Shown here one piece after another: positions 9,158-18,810 of a stretch of 64,000 bases of DNA. Position 1 is the stretch's first letter, and each line of letters starts with the position of its first letter. A program made the position numbers and the translations under genes. This DNA is from a virus (Duplodnaviria; Caudoviricetes). The stretch lies in the IMG/VR virus record IMGVR_UViG_2870609773_000002, positions 15,181 to 79,180 of that record; one strand, 5' to 3'. The notes below the pieces were generated by a model. That model made no database searches. It was not told where the DNA came from and saw nothing but the letters and a program-made list of their open reading frames with translations.

Positions 9158-9445
9158 ATGATCTGCCACGCCATCCGCATGTGGCTTCTGAACCTGACAG
9201 CGATGTCAGTCACGGCCTGGGCAATGACCGCCTTCGCGTTGTTCATTCTGTACGCGGATAGAGCAAGCGCCGCCGTGTACGCCCTGGTGGGCCTGTGGGC
9301 AGCCGCAGTGCCCATCCCCGTCACCATCACGCTCATCCGATGGTGGCAGCGGGTGCGTGTGGCCCGCAGGGTGCACCGCCTCGCCGAAGAACACAAACGT
9401 TTGTTCGAGACCATGTGTGGGGAGATCAGCTCAGGCGTGCGCTGA
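9158..9445 (+). CDS. Small two-TM membrane protein
   Basis: GGAG RBS; two hydrophobic stretches then basic/helical tail. Confidence 0.6.
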   Translation: MICHAIRMWLLNLTAMSVTAWAMTAFALFILYADRASAAVYALVGLWAAAVPIPVTITLIRWWQRVRVARRVHRLAEEHKRLFETMCGEISSGVR

Positions 9446-9483
9446 CTACTCACAGCCGCGCCATCATCGGGGAAGGAAACGAC

Positions 9484-10437
9484 GTGCCACACCGGATCGC
9501 CGGCCTCAGCCTTGAGCAGGAGCGCCTCTACCGGCACCTGCTCGCCACCGGGCCCACCAGCATCCACGTGTTGGAGGGGCAGTTCGGGCGCGAGGTCTAC
9601 GCGAGCCTGTACGAACTGACCGTCCGAGGCCTCGTGCACGGCAACCCCTTGATGGCGCGGCGCCCCTCGGTCGCCATGAACGGCGTCCTCATGGCGCAGG
9701 CCGCAGAGCTTCAGCGGATCCAGTCGTACGTGGAAGAACTTGATCACATCTACGAGACGGGGCACCCGCCCGAGGGGGGTGACGCGGTAACCCCGCTGGT
9801 GAGCCGTGAGCAGATCCAGCACTGGTTCGAGACGCTGACCGTCACGGCCGAACACGAGATCCAGCAGTTCATCACTCACCCGTTCCTCCCGCTCGCGCCG
9901 TCTGGGAGGACCGATTCAAATTCTCGTTTGGATCTTGTAAACCATCCGGCGAAGTGTCGCGTCATCGTTGAGTGGAAGACCTTCCAGAGCCAGCCCGCCA
10001 TCAACGGCCTGCATCACTCCCTCGACCGAGGGTGCGAAATCAGGCTTGCCGACAGGCTGCCGCACAAGCTGCTGATCGGAGACCGACGCATGGCCATGAC
10101 GCCCCGCTATCCGCGGGACCACACCGTCAGGCAGATGCTGCTCGTGCACCCGGGCACGCTGGTGGACTTCCTCGTCGAGGTCTTCGAGGCCGAATGGGAG
10201 CGGGCTCTCCCGCTCACGCCGGACCCTGCCAAATTCTCCGGCCTCGGCAAGCTGGAGCCCAGTGAGATGGTCATCGTGGAAATGCTGGTCGGCGGCGCAC
10301 ACGTCGATCGCATCGCCAGCGCTCTTGGAGTGCATCCCCGCACGGTCAATCGCAGGCTCGAAGACCTGAAGCGCAAGGCCAACGCCACCACCCTGTTCCA
10401 GCTCGGCGCCTACGCGTCGCGTCACTGGCTGAACTGA
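9484..10437 (+). CDS. TrmB-like wHTH + PLD-like sensor + C-terminal LuxR-type HTH regulator
   Basis: N-terminal LSLEQERLYRHLL HTH, middle EIRLADRLPHKLLIGDRRMAM, C-terminal DRIASALGVHPRTVNRRLEDL...TLFQLG; GGAAGGA RBS. Confidence 0.82.
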   Translation: MPHRIAGLSLEQERLYRHLLATGPTSIHVLEGQFGREVYASLYELTVRGLVHGNPLMARRPSVAMNGVLMAQAAELQRIQSYVEELDHIYETGHPPEGGDAVTPLVSREQIQHWFETLTVTAEHEIQQFITHPFLPLAPSGRTDSNSRLDLVNHPAKCRVIVEWKTFQSQPAINGLHHSLDRGCEIRLADRLPHKLLIGDRRMAMTPRYPRDHTVRQMLLVHPGTLVDFLVEVFEAEWERALPLTPDPAKFSGLGKLEPSEMVIVEMLVGGAHVDRIASALGVHPRTVNRRLEDLKRKANATTLFQLGAYASRHWLN

Positions 10438-10440
10438 GCG

Positions 10441-10965
10441 CTACTCCGGCCGGAAGATCCGAAGCTGAGCTTCTGTCGCGTTCAGGGTCGCCTCGATCTG
10501 GGCCAGCATGATCGTCTCTATCTGGCGGCGCTGGTCGCCTGGAACGCCCTTCAGGCCGCGTATCTGTTGCAGCATCGCCTGAAGTCTTTGCTGCACATGT
10601 TCAGGAGTTACGTCTGCGTCGATCGCCGCCAGTGCGGGGTCCGTCTTGGTCCGCTCGCGGATCCAATCGCGGAACAGTGCGGCCGCCCCAGGCCGGCCGC
10701 GCTCGTACAGGTCGTCCGGGGTGATGGTGGCTTCGTGTGCCAGGTCGGTGATGGCGGCGGCCATGAGTACGAGTTCGCGGTCTTCCGGGACCTTCTCGCC
10801 GGACTCGATGCGTCGCCATGTCGGCTCGGACAACGCGTCGCCGGCCAACTCCTTCGCGCGTGCGGCGGCGGCGCGAGTGGAGATGCGCTTCTTGAGCCCT
10901 CCCGGGTTGTTGCGACGTTCAATGAGGAACTGAACCACTTCTGAAGGCTTGTTGAGGTCGGCCAC
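10441..10965 (-). CDS. XRE-family immunity repressor (candidate)
   Basis: ISTRAAA...LSEPTWRRIESG HTH; divergent from the early lytic operon; AAAGGA RBS. Confidence 0.75.
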   Translation of the reverse strand: MADLNKPSEVVQFLIERRNNPGGLKKRISTRAAAARAKELAGDALSEPTWRRIESGEKVPEDRELVLMAAAITDLAHEATITPDDLYERGRPGAAALFRDWIRERTKTDPALAAIDADVTPEHVQQRLQAMLQQIRGLKGVPGDQRRQIETIMLAQIEATLNATEAQLRIFRPE

Positions 10966-11249
10966 GGCGAGTCAGAGGTCCTTTCGCGGCGTTTGATGCG
11001 TCATACGAGTCTGGCGCAACGGTATCAACTGAAGCGTCGGCTTGGGTTATGTCAGCGCAAAGACGTTGATTACGCTCCGTGACATATGCGAGGTAGCTGC
11101 GATGACGCAGAAGACGCGTCAGACGTTGCATGATGCGTCACGAAGCGATAGTGTCGGTTATGTCGGTCCGATTGTGCACACCCGAAAGGGAAACGCACTG
11201 ACAAAACGCCCGACAAACCAAACCCCAAGCCACGGAGCGTCATATCGCC
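10966..11249. promoter_or_regulatory. Divergent immunity control region with repeated motifs
   Basis: AT-richer; TGATGCGTCA at 10994 and 11131, TGACGCA at 11103, GTTATGTCRG at 11046 and 11157. Confidence 0.7.
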
Positions 11250-11555
11250 ATGCCCAACGGCATCCTCCGCTGGGAAGACCCAGCGCCCGTCAGAACTCGC
11301 ACCAACAAGGAGTACGAGCCTGTAGCCGCCGAACTGCAAGCCCGCCCCAACGAGTGGGCGGTCATCGCAGAGAACCCCGACACCCCCGAAGGCAGGCGTG
11401 ACGCCAACCGCCTGTTCAACGCCGTCAAGAACGGCTACCGAGGCTGGAACAACGACGACGGCGGCACGTTCGAGGCCACCACCCGCACCGTCACCAAGAA
11501 CGGCGGAGCCAAGGTCATCCTCGTTCACGTGCAGTACGTCCCCGCCAGCTCATAG
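11250..11555 (+). CDS. First early-operon protein, probable small DNA-binding protein
   Basis: YEPVAAELQARPNEWAVI motif recalled from actinophage small proteins. Confidence 0.65.
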   Translation: MPNGILRWEDPAPVRTRTNKEYEPVAAELQARPNEWAVIAENPDTPEGRRDANRLFNAVKNGYRGWNNDDGGTFEATTRTVTKNGGAKVILVHVQYVPASS

Positions 11556-11570
11556 CGGTACCGCAGTCAG
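11549..11570. promoter_or_regulatory. 22-bp palindromic site, copy 2 (CTCATAGCGGTACCGCAGTCAG)
   Basis: Consensus match; overlaps stop codon, 1 bp before next ATG. Confidence 0.8.
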
Positions 11571-11571
11571 C

Positions 11572-11778
11572 ATGACCAACACCACGCAAGCGCCGACTCT
11601 CGACGACCTGGTGCAGCTCATCGCCACAAGAGCTGCCGCGCACTGGAACTCCGATGCCAAGTCCGCGCTCACCCGTCTGCTCGCCGACGTCCTCGGCGAC
11701 TACGACGCCGCTTACCAGCTCGTCGAGGAGACCGGCCGAAAGCTCCTGGCCGCCGAATACGAAGAGGACCCCCAATGA
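11572..11778 (+). CDS. Hypothetical protein
   Basis: ATG at 11572; ATGA overlap with next gene. Confidence 0.6.
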   Translation: MTNTTQAPTLDDLVQLIATRAAAHWNSDAKSALTRLLADVLGDYDAAYQLVEETGRKLLAAEYEEDPQ

Positions 11779-11978
11779 CCCCACCGAGCCCCGCGCTCCC
11801 AACCGAAGCGGAGCTGACCGACTACCTCGTCGCTCTCAAGACCGACAACCCTCAGTCCACGCCGAGCCGGCCAAGCTACCGCGGCGGGCCCGTGCTCGAC
11901 CCGATGACCGAGGACGAGTACCGGTTCGGCTGGTTCGGCCAGGCCGACTATGACGGGCACCTCGGCGGTGGCGCGTGA
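11775..11978 (+). CDS. Hypothetical protein
   Basis: GAGGA RBS, overlapping neighbours. Confidence 0.6.
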   Translation: MTPPSPALPTEAELTDYLVALKTDNPQSTPSRPSYRGGPVLDPMTEDEYRFGWFGQADYDGHLGGGA

Positions 11979-12952
11979 GCATCACGATTCGCGAGGACGA
12001 GCGCGACGAGTACGACCCGAGCCACGCCGTACCGACCAGCGCGGGCCGCTACTACTGCGACCCCATGCTGGGCCCGGACGACCCGCACCGGATGAAGATC
12101 TCCGTCACCAACGCCATCGACCAGCACATGATCGAGGCGCTGGCCCCGGCCGCCGCGCGGGACACCGCGATCTGGCTGATGGACAACCTCCCCGACGCGA
12201 TCCGCGCGGCCGGCGACCCAGACGACATGGAAGCGTTCATCAAGCTGGCCAAGGCGCAGTACCGGGTCCAGTGGGACAAGAAGGCCGACCTCGGAAGCCG
12301 TGTCCATAACATCGGCGAAGCGATCAACCTCGGCAAGGCGTACATCCCCGACGAGGAAGCCGAACCGTTCGTCGAGTCCTACCGACAGTTCCTGGCCGAC
12401 TTCGGGGTGGACATCCGCCGCGACATCATGACGGCGGAGTGCACGGTGCTCAACCGCACGATCCCGTACGGCGGGACGAGCGACATCTGGGTCCGCTTGC
12501 AATTCCCCGGCCCGACGTCGCCGATCATGCCGAAGTTCAAGCCTCGCGCGGTTCCGGCCGCCCCGCTTCCGACGCCGTCCGGGCTGTGGCTCGTGGACAT
12601 CAAGACGAGCCTCACCAAGCCGGCCAGCGCCGTCTACGAGGACCACGTGATGCAGCTCGCCGCTCTGCGGCACGCGGAAGTCGCGCTCATCTGCCCGCCC
12701 GAGTGCAGGTACGGCGAGAGCGACAACCACGACGCCAGCCACGAGTTCCCCGTCCCGGAGTTCGTCGGCACGGCGATTCTCAACCTCCGCACGAACGGCT
12801 ACGGGTTCGTGCCGCTCCCGGCCGACCAGGACGCGTTCACCGCGTTCTGCGGGCTGCTCCCGCTCGCGCACTACGTCCACGGGCTCGAAATGCGCGGCTT
12901 CAAGCCCATCCAGCCCCCGAGCAAGACCACCACCAGGAAGGACGCCGCCTGA
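11975..12952 (+). CDS. PD-(D/E)XK exonuclease (RecE/RecB-like)
   Basis: SVTNAI, ADLGSRVH, AECTV, YGGTSDI, LVDIKTS, MQLAAL motifs. Confidence 0.85.
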   Translation: MSITIREDERDEYDPSHAVPTSAGRYYCDPMLGPDDPHRMKISVTNAIDQHMIEALAPAAARDTAIWLMDNLPDAIRAAGDPDDMEAFIKLAKAQYRVQWDKKADLGSRVHNIGEAINLGKAYIPDEEAEPFVESYRQFLADFGVDIRRDIMTAECTVLNRTIPYGGTSDIWVRLQFPGPTSPIMPKFKPRAVPAAPLPTPSGLWLVDIKTSLTKPASAVYEDHVMQLAALRHAEVALICPPECRYGESDNHDASHEFPVPEFVGTAILNLRTNGYGFVPLPADQDAFTAFCGLLPLAHYVHGLEMRGFKPIQPPSKTTTRKDAA

Positions 12953-14631
12953 TGCCCATCGACCCCTCCGTACTGCAGCGCCGCCACTGGCAGGACGGCC
13001 GGATCCGTCTCGGCATCAAGAAGATGAGCCGGAACGGCAAGGAGTACCCCAGCAAGATCGACACCTTCCGGTTCACGTCGCCGTCCGAGGACATGATCCG
13101 AGGCGTCGCCGAGAAGTACGGCGGCGAGGTCAAACCGTGGAAGTCGCCGCAGGGCCCGCAGTTCGAGGTCATCACCAACGCGCAGCGCATCCCCGTCATC
13201 GTCCCGCCCAACGGCCTGAGCCAGAACATGGAGCTCTGGGACGGCAAGCTCTGCATCCGTCGCTGCACCGGCATCGCGATGCAGGCCCCGTTCGTCGGCC
13301 CGTGCCTGTGTGGGGCGGACGTCGAGCTCAAGAAGCGGCCGTGCAAGCCGCACACCCGACTCGGTGTCTTTCTAAAGGAAGTGCCCAGCTTGGGCCTGTG
13401 GCGGCTCGACAGCAAGGGCGGCAACGCCGCGGCCGAGCTGCCCAACGCCGCCGAGTTCCTGGCCCACGCGGGGACGTACGTGGACGCCTGGCTGTACGTG
13501 GCCGAACGCACCGGCTCGTTCCTCGACCCGAAGGACAACGTGGTCAAGGCCACCACGTACATGGTGCCCGGCCTGACGATCGAAGGCATCGGCTTCGACG
13601 AGCTGATGTCGGGCGAAGTCGCCCGCCGCGCCGAGCTGGGCCGCGGCGGTGAGAGCCAGCGGGCGATCGAGGCCGCGCCCGCGACCGACTACCTCGCGAT
13701 GATCGAGGCGGCCCCAGACCGAGACGCGGTCGTGGCCATCTGGAGGACGTCCAAGCTCGACCCCGCTTGGCAAGGGCGGGGCGAGGAAGTGGAGGCGGCG
13801 GCCAAGGCACGCGTTGCGAAGTTCCCCCCGGAGCAGGGCAAGGGCGCACCGCAGGGCCAGTCCGCCCCGGAGGGCACGCAGCCCAACGAGCACACGCACG
13901 AGGACGCCCCTTCGGACACCCCGCCGCCGGGCGACCCCGAAGCGGATCGGATCCGGCAGCACATCATGACCGCGTGGTCCGGCACGACGAGCCAGCTCCA
14001 CACCGCGTTCCGCGACCGCACCAGCACCACCATGAAGGCCGCGACCCTGCAGCAGCTCCAAGAGTTCGCCGACCAGCTCGGCCAGCCCGCCGCAGGCGCC
14101 ATCGCGGACGAACCCCGCAAGGCGTCCGAGCGCGCCGAAGCGCTCCTCGAGGCCGCCCGCGCGCAGAACACCGCGGCGGCGGCCGACGACGACATCGTGG
14201 ACGGGGAGGTCGTCGAGGACGAGGAGCAGCCGAAGCCCACCGCCAAGGCGCTGCGCGACCTCGGAGTGTGGTTCGGCGAGGCCGGCGTCACCATCCACAC
14301 CGGCAAGGGTTCGGCCGCGAAGAACGACGAGGCGCGGTTCGCCTGGATTGTCGAGCACCTGGGTGTCGATGTGACCTCGACGAAGGACCTCAGCGCCGAG
14401 CGGGTGGACACCGGGGTCAAGCTGCTCATGCAGCAGGCCGCCGCCCGCCGGAAGGACCTGCAGCAGCGCATCGTCAACGTCTGGTCCGACCTGGACGGCA
14501 ACAACCAGCAGCTCTCCGCCGCGTTCGAGCAGCACATGGAGAAGCCGGTCGGCGAGGCCACCAACGCCGACCTCGCCGCGTTCCTGCAGAAGCTCAGCAA
14601 CAGCGAGGTCACCCCTGGCGGTGGTCAGTGA
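12952..14631 (+). CDS. Gp3-like (recombination-directionality-factor-like) protein with long C-terminal extension
   Basis: GRIRLG, PSKIDTFRFTS, CKPHTRL, GLWRLDSKG-NAAAELP; coupled to the exonuclease. Confidence 0.7.
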   Translation: MPIDPSVLQRRHWQDGRIRLGIKKMSRNGKEYPSKIDTFRFTSPSEDMIRGVAEKYGGEVKPWKSPQGPQFEVITNAQRIPVIVPPNGLSQNMELWDGKLCIRRCTGIAMQAPFVGPCLCGADVELKKRPCKPHTRLGVFLKEVPSLGLWRLDSKGGNAAAELPNAAEFLAHAGTYVDAWLYVAERTGSFLDPKDNVVKATTYMVPGLTIEGIGFDELMSGEVARRAELGRGGESQRAIEAAPATDYLAMIEAAPDRDAVVAIWRTSKLDPAWQGRGEEVEAAAKARVAKFPPEQGKGAPQGQSAPEGTQPNEHTHEDAPSDTPPPGDPEADRIRQHIMTAWSGTTSQLHTAFRDRTSTTMKAATLQQLQEFADQLGQPAAGAIADEPRKASERAEALLEAARAQNTAAAADDDIVDGEVVEDEEQPKPTAKALRDLGVWFGEAGVTIHTGKGSAAKNDEARFAWIVEHLGVDVTSTKDLSAERVDTGVKLLMQQAAARRKDLQQRIVNVWSDLDGNNQQLSAAFEQHMEKPVGEATNADLAAFLQKLSNSEVTPGGGQ

Positions 14632-15050
14632 TGCCGCTGACGAACGAGCAACGGGCGGCACTGCGCGCTGATCGACTCGCGCGGGTCAAGCGCGAACGCG
14701 AGCGCCGCACCGCCCTGTTCGCAGAGATCGCGCGCCACGCAGGAGGGTGTGCAGACCGTCACCACTGCCTGCTCTGCAAGGCGTTCCGGCTGCTCGTCGA
14801 GTACGTGCCCGACCCCACGGTCCACGAGGAGTACGAGCGACTCCGCCACCGGCTCGACGACCTCGCGGAGCGCCTGGAGCGTATCCGCGACGTGCACCAG
14901 GACTTGTCCGAGAACGCTCGCTTCGGCGCGCCGCTGGCCCGCACGGTCCACGACGCCGCATGGGTTGTCATCGTCCGCCTCGCCAACGCCTGGCACGGCG
15001 AGGAGGTCGAAGACCCCTACGCCCCGCTGCCTCCCGACTACCACATCTAG
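14631..15050 (+). CDS. Hypothetical protein (Cys/His cluster)
   Basis: TGATG overlap; CADRHHCLLC. Confidence 0.6.
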   Translation: MPLTNEQRAALRADRLARVKRERERRTALFAEIARHAGGCADRHHCLLCKAFRLLVEYVPDPTVHEEYERLRHRLDDLAERLERIRDVHQDLSENARFGAPLARTVHDAAWVVIVRLANAWHGEEVEDPYAPLPPDYHI

Positions 15051-15108
15051 CCGCACTGCCCGGTGCTCGTGCACCGCGCGCCGGGCTCGCCCCCCTCAAG
15101 GAGTTCCG

Positions 15109-15363
15109 ATGAAGTCCATCACCGTCGAGTACGACGACGTCACCCCCGCCACGATCGAGCACCGGCTGGCCGCCGAGGAGACCGTCCTCGCGATGGGCAG
15201 CCGCCGCTACCCCGCCGCCCTGAACGACCGGGCCGCCCTGCTGGAGGCCCTCCAGATCGCTGACCGGCTGTCCGCCGCCGTCGTCGGCTGGCGCGGCGAC
15301 ATCGTGGCCGCGCTGCAGAAGCTCGACAACGACCAGTACGCCCGCGAGAACGCCACCACCTGA
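15109..15363 (+). CDS. Hypothetical protein
   Basis: AAGGAG RBS, ATG at 15109. Confidence 0.7.
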   Translation: MKSITVEYDDVTPATIEHRLAAEETVLAMGSRRYPAALNDRAALLEALQIADRLSAAVVGWRGDIVAALQKLDNDQYARENATT

Positions 15364-15375
15364 CTCCTCGCACCC

Positions 15376-15645
15376 ATGACCGGCACCACCGCCCCGGGAG
15401 TTCGCATGCACAGCGACCCGCACATCACCCCTGAGATCGCCGCTCACGTCCTGTTCCACCTCGGCCGGGGCGGCTGGCCCGGCTCCACGTTCGTGCAGAA
15501 GCTCCTCGCCGCGTTCGAGGCCGCCGATGCCCCCAACCGTCTCCAGCTTGCCGCGGGGTTCGCTGGCTACGCCGCCGCGTTCGAGCTGGCCAAGTCCACT
15601 GACGGCGTCGTGGTCCTCCAGGCCCACGCCGCCGCTGACCAGTAA
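15376..15645 (+). CDS. Hypothetical phage protein
   Basis: ORF track; AHVLFHLG...LLAAFEAADAPNRLQLAAGF; start may be the second ATG. Confidence 0.6.
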   Translation: MTGTTAPGVRMHSDPHITPEIAAHVLFHLGRGGWPGSTFVQKLLAAFEAADAPNRLQLAAGFAGYAAAFELAKSTDGVVVLQAHAAADQ

Positions 15646-15652
15646 GGAAATC

Positions 15653-16036
15653 ATGAGCCGCTACACCATCCCCAACGCCCCTGGCGCGCCCGACAAGCGG
15701 GTGACCACGGTCGGCTGGGACGCACCCCTCAACACCTACTGGGCCACGGCGTTCGACCCTCCCGCCTCCATCGACGGGGAGGACGTCGAGGTCTTCTGGA
15801 TCGGATACACCCCATGCGCGCTGCCCGACGTCGAATCCCTCGCCACCGCGCTCCGCGAGCACGGCGTCGAGATCCCGCCCTTCACCTTGGACGCGCTCCT
15901 CGGGGACAAGCCGAGGGAGGGGGAGAGCTTCGCGGGTCGGCCCGCGACCAAGCTCATCGCCGAGATGACCCGGACGCGCGTCCCCGCCGACCAGCAGGCG
16001 CGCATCGACGCCGCCCTCCGGGACGGTGGCCGATGA
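15653..16036 (+). CDS. Hypothetical protein
   Basis: AAGGA RBS; VGWDAPLNTYWA motif. Confidence 0.7.
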   Translation: MSRYTIPNAPGAPDKRVTTVGWDAPLNTYWATAFDPPASIDGEDVEVFWIGYTPCALPDVESLATALREHGVEIPPFTLDALLGDKPREGESFAGRPATKLIAEMTRTRVPADQQARIDAALRDGGR

Positions 16037-16386
16037 GGCGCGGTGACGGTGAGCTCATCGCCGGGCTCGTCTTCTTCGCGATCATCCTCGTGATCGTCGT
16101 CGGCGTCGCGGTCGTCAAGACCAGCACGGGCCGCGTCGAGACGGCCACGGTGGAGTCGAAGGAGCGGGTCTGCGACAGCCGCCGCTCGTGCAGGTACCTG
16201 ATCTTCACCGACCGGGGCGTCTACGAGAACACCGATGCCTGGCTGAGCTTGAAGTTCAACAGCTCCGACATCTACGGCGCGCTCAAGGTCGGCCGCACCT
16301 ACCGGCTCAAGGTCAACGGGTGGCGCGTCGAAGTCACTTCGTCCTACCCGAACATCCTCGGCATCGAGGGCGAGGTTGCGAAGTGA
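16033..16386 (+). CDS. Membrane-anchored/secreted phage protein (DUF1523-like)
   Basis: N-terminal TM, KERVC, YLIFTD, ENTD, FNSSD, VNGWR, YPNI. Confidence 0.7.
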   Translation: MRRGDGELIAGLVFFAIILVIVVGVAVVKTSTGRVETATVESKERVCDSRRSCRYLIFTDRGVYENTDAWLSLKFNSSDIYGALKVGRTYRLKVNGWRVEVTSSYPNILGIEGEVAK

Positions 16387-16766
16387 AGACCAGGTTCGAG
16401 GTTGCCGTCAAGAAGATCGAGCCGTACCAGACGTACTTCGTGCTCGGCGTGGCCATCGCGTTCTTCGGGGGGTTGATCATTTTCGGCGGGGTGTGGGCGC
16501 TCGTCATCGCCGTCGTCTGCATGTTCGTCGGCATCCTGCTCGGGCTGATCGTCGGCGCCGAGATGATGCGGCGCGACATCGACGTCGAGATGACCGCGCT
16601 GCGTGCCCAGTACGAAGCCGCGTCCGAGCTGGCGTACAAGCTGAACCTGGAGCTAACCGAGCAGGTGCAGCGCGCCGAATCGGCCGAGCGTGACCTGCTC
16701 GCCACCGCCGCTGAGAAGACCGCGCTGCGCGCCCAGCTTGAGGGCCGCGCGGGCAACCCCGCGTGA
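16383..16766 (+). CDS. Two-TM protein with coiled-coil tail
   Basis: GTGA overlaps; hydrophobic segments then heptads. Confidence 0.65.
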   Translation: MKTRFEVAVKKIEPYQTYFVLGVAIAFFGGLIIFGGVWALVIAVVCMFVGILLGLIVGAEMMRRDIDVEMTALRAQYEAASELAYKLNLELTEQVQRAESAERDLLATAAEKTALRAQLEGRAGNPA

Positions 16767-16996
16767 AGGACATCCTGGCGGCGATCGGCGCGCTCACCGT
16801 GCTGGCCGCCGCCGGGGTCGTCGTCCTCTCACTGCTCGCGCACCGCGCTGAGCGGCGACGCAGCCGAGGCAACCGCGACCAGCGGGCCGCCCGGCCGGCC
16901 GAGCAGGTCGCCGCCAATCCGGCCCTGTGGTCCGACTTCTTCCTTGACCACGATCTGCACAAGGTCCTCAAAACCCCAAAGGAATGGCAACAGTGA
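16763..16996 (+). CDS. Small single-TM protein
   Basis: Overlapping starts/stops, N-terminal TM. Confidence 0.6.
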   Translation: MKDILAAIGALTVLAAAGVVVLSLLAHRAERRRSRGNRDQRAARPAEQVAANPALWSDFFLDHDLHKVLKTPKEWQQ

Positions 16997-17544
16997 TCCC
17001 CTTCCACGTCGTCGGCCTCGACATTTCCCTCACCAGCACCGGCATGGCGACCGGCCTCGGCTGGTGCGAGAAGACCGGACGCGACGGCATCACAAAGCTG
17101 CCCCTGCAGAGCAAGTACCGCGCGCTCAACCGGCTGGCCAGCGACATCATCGTGCTCACCAACGCTGAGAAGGCTCACCTCGTCCTGGTGGAGAAGCTGG
17201 TGTTCAACCGGCAGGACGGTGGCCGCGGCGGCGCCGGTGAGCGTTCGTACCTCTACTACCGGACGATGGGCATCATCGCGGACGCCGGGGTTCCCATCGT
17301 CGAGGTGCCGCAGGCGACGTTGAAGACGTACGCGCTCGGCAAGGGCAGCGGTGAGAAGAACGAGATCGTCGATTCGGTCGCCCGCCGCCTCCCGATGTTC
17401 CACACCGGCGGCAAGCACGACATGGCCGACGCCGCAGTGCTCGCCGCGCTGGGAGCCGACTACCTCGGGCACCCGCTCGCGGACATGCCGAAGGCGCACC
17501 GCGCTGCGATCGACAAGCTGACGTGGCCGGAGGTGGCCAAGTGA
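16984..17544 (+). CDS. RuvC-like Holliday-junction resolvase
   Basis: VVGLDISLTSTG, VLVEK, LKTYALGKG..EK, DMADAAVLA. Confidence 0.85.
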   Translation: MATVIPFHVVGLDISLTSTGMATGLGWCEKTGRDGITKLPLQSKYRALNRLASDIIVLTNAEKAHLVLVEKLVFNRQDGGRGGAGERSYLYYRTMGIIADAGVPIVEVPQATLKTYALGKGSGEKNEIVDSVARRLPMFHTGGKHDMADAAVLAALGADYLGHPLADMPKAHRAAIDKLTWPEVAK

Positions 17545-18467
17545 CACGAGACCCCTACGCCGAAGCCCGACGCCGCTACTGGCAGAAACGCGACAAGGAG
17601 AAGAGAGCGGGCACCTGGCAGGGCCTCGTCGATGCCGAAGAAGCGCGCCAGCACGTGCGGGAGTTGCATCGAATTTGGCTGGTCAGCTACGAGGCAATCG
17701 CCGAACTCGCAGGGATCTCGCACACGACAGTAAGGCACCTCGCTGTAGGCAGTGCGACTCGGCAGCTACCGCCACCGGCTCGGGTCGGGGCGTACACAGC
17801 CGAAGTGCTTCTCACGGTCACCGTGGACGACCTGCCGGACAACTGCCTGGTCAACGCGACCGGGTCAATGCGGCGGATGCGCGCGCTATCGGTCGAGGGG
17901 TGGCCCGTGCGGTACATCGCCAACCAGATGGACGCCGCCTGGGACGGTCTCAAGCAGCTTCGGCGCGGCGAGAGAACCACGGTCGTCCTACGAACTGCCC
18001 GCCTGCTCCGGCGGACGTACGACGAACTGATCCTCCTCGACCCGTACGCGCACTGCCGCAAGACCGTCGTGACGACCCTGCGCAAGCAGGCCGCCGCCAG
18101 CGGCTGGTATCCAGCGGCAGCGTGGGCCGACGCCATCGACGACCCCGCCGCCAAACCATGGCATGTCGTCCGCTGCTCCTACCAGACCTGCATCAACGGG
18201 TCCAAGGACGAGCGCCTGCTGTGCGACACCCACCTGAAGCTGCTCAAGAAGCGGGGCACCCTCGAAGGGGCCCGCCTGATGCGGAACACCCAGGCCCTGC
18301 TGGAAGACGCCCGGTTCATCCTCGCGACGGACCCGCCGATCAACCCGCGCACGCAGGAGATCGACAAGGAGCGGCTCGCCGAACGGCTCGGCACCAACTG
18401 GGAAGCGCTGGAGCGCGTCCTGCTCCGAGCGAACATCAACCTCGGCAAGCTGCGCGAATCCGCATGA
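17541..18467 (+). CDS. Multi-HTH DNA-binding phage protein
   Basis: LVDAEEARQHVREL...AIAELAGIS; VNATGSMRRMRAL..EGW pattern. Confidence 0.7.
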   Translation: MTRDPYAEARRRYWQKRDKEKRAGTWQGLVDAEEARQHVRELHRIWLVSYEAIAELAGISHTTVRHLAVGSATRQLPPPARVGAYTAEVLLTVTVDDLPDNCLVNATGSMRRMRALSVEGWPVRYIANQMDAAWDGLKQLRRGERTTVVLRTARLLRRTYDELILLDPYAHCRKTVVTTLRKQAAASGWYPAAAWADAIDDPAAKPWHVVRCSYQTCINGSKDERLLCDTHLKLLKKRGTLEGARLMRNTQALLEDARFILATDPPINPRTQEIDKERLAERLGTNWEALERVLLRANINLGKLRESA

Positions 18468-18513
18468 GCCAGAAGCGGAACCGCAATCAGGTAGTCGAGC
18501 AGGAGCAACGCCC

Positions 18514-18810
18514 ATGAGCAACACGGCGACCGAGGTCATCTCCGACGCCCTTACGTCCACCTCACCCAGCGCCGACGACATCCTCGACGCCCTCGGCAAC
18601 GCGGGCTACCACGTCATCCGACCCGAGGACGGGCCGGCCTGGATCCCCGTCACGCCGAGAAGCCTCGCCAAGGCGCAACGCATCGCAGCGCTGATCAACG
18701 ACGGCAAGACGCTGCAGCAGATCGCCGCTGAGACGCGGATGTCGCTGCGCCAGGTCGAACGGTACAGCGCCGCCGCCCGCGACATGGGACTCATCGAGCG
18801 GAGGCGCTGA
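18514..18810 (+). CDS. HTH protein (sigma region 4-like C-terminus)
   Basis: GKTLQQIAAETRMSLRQVERY. Confidence 0.7.
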   Translation: MSNTATEVISDALTSTSPSADDILDALGNAGYHVIRPEDGPAWIPVTPRSLAKAQRIAALINDGKTLQQIAAETRMSLRQVERYSAAARDMGLIERRR

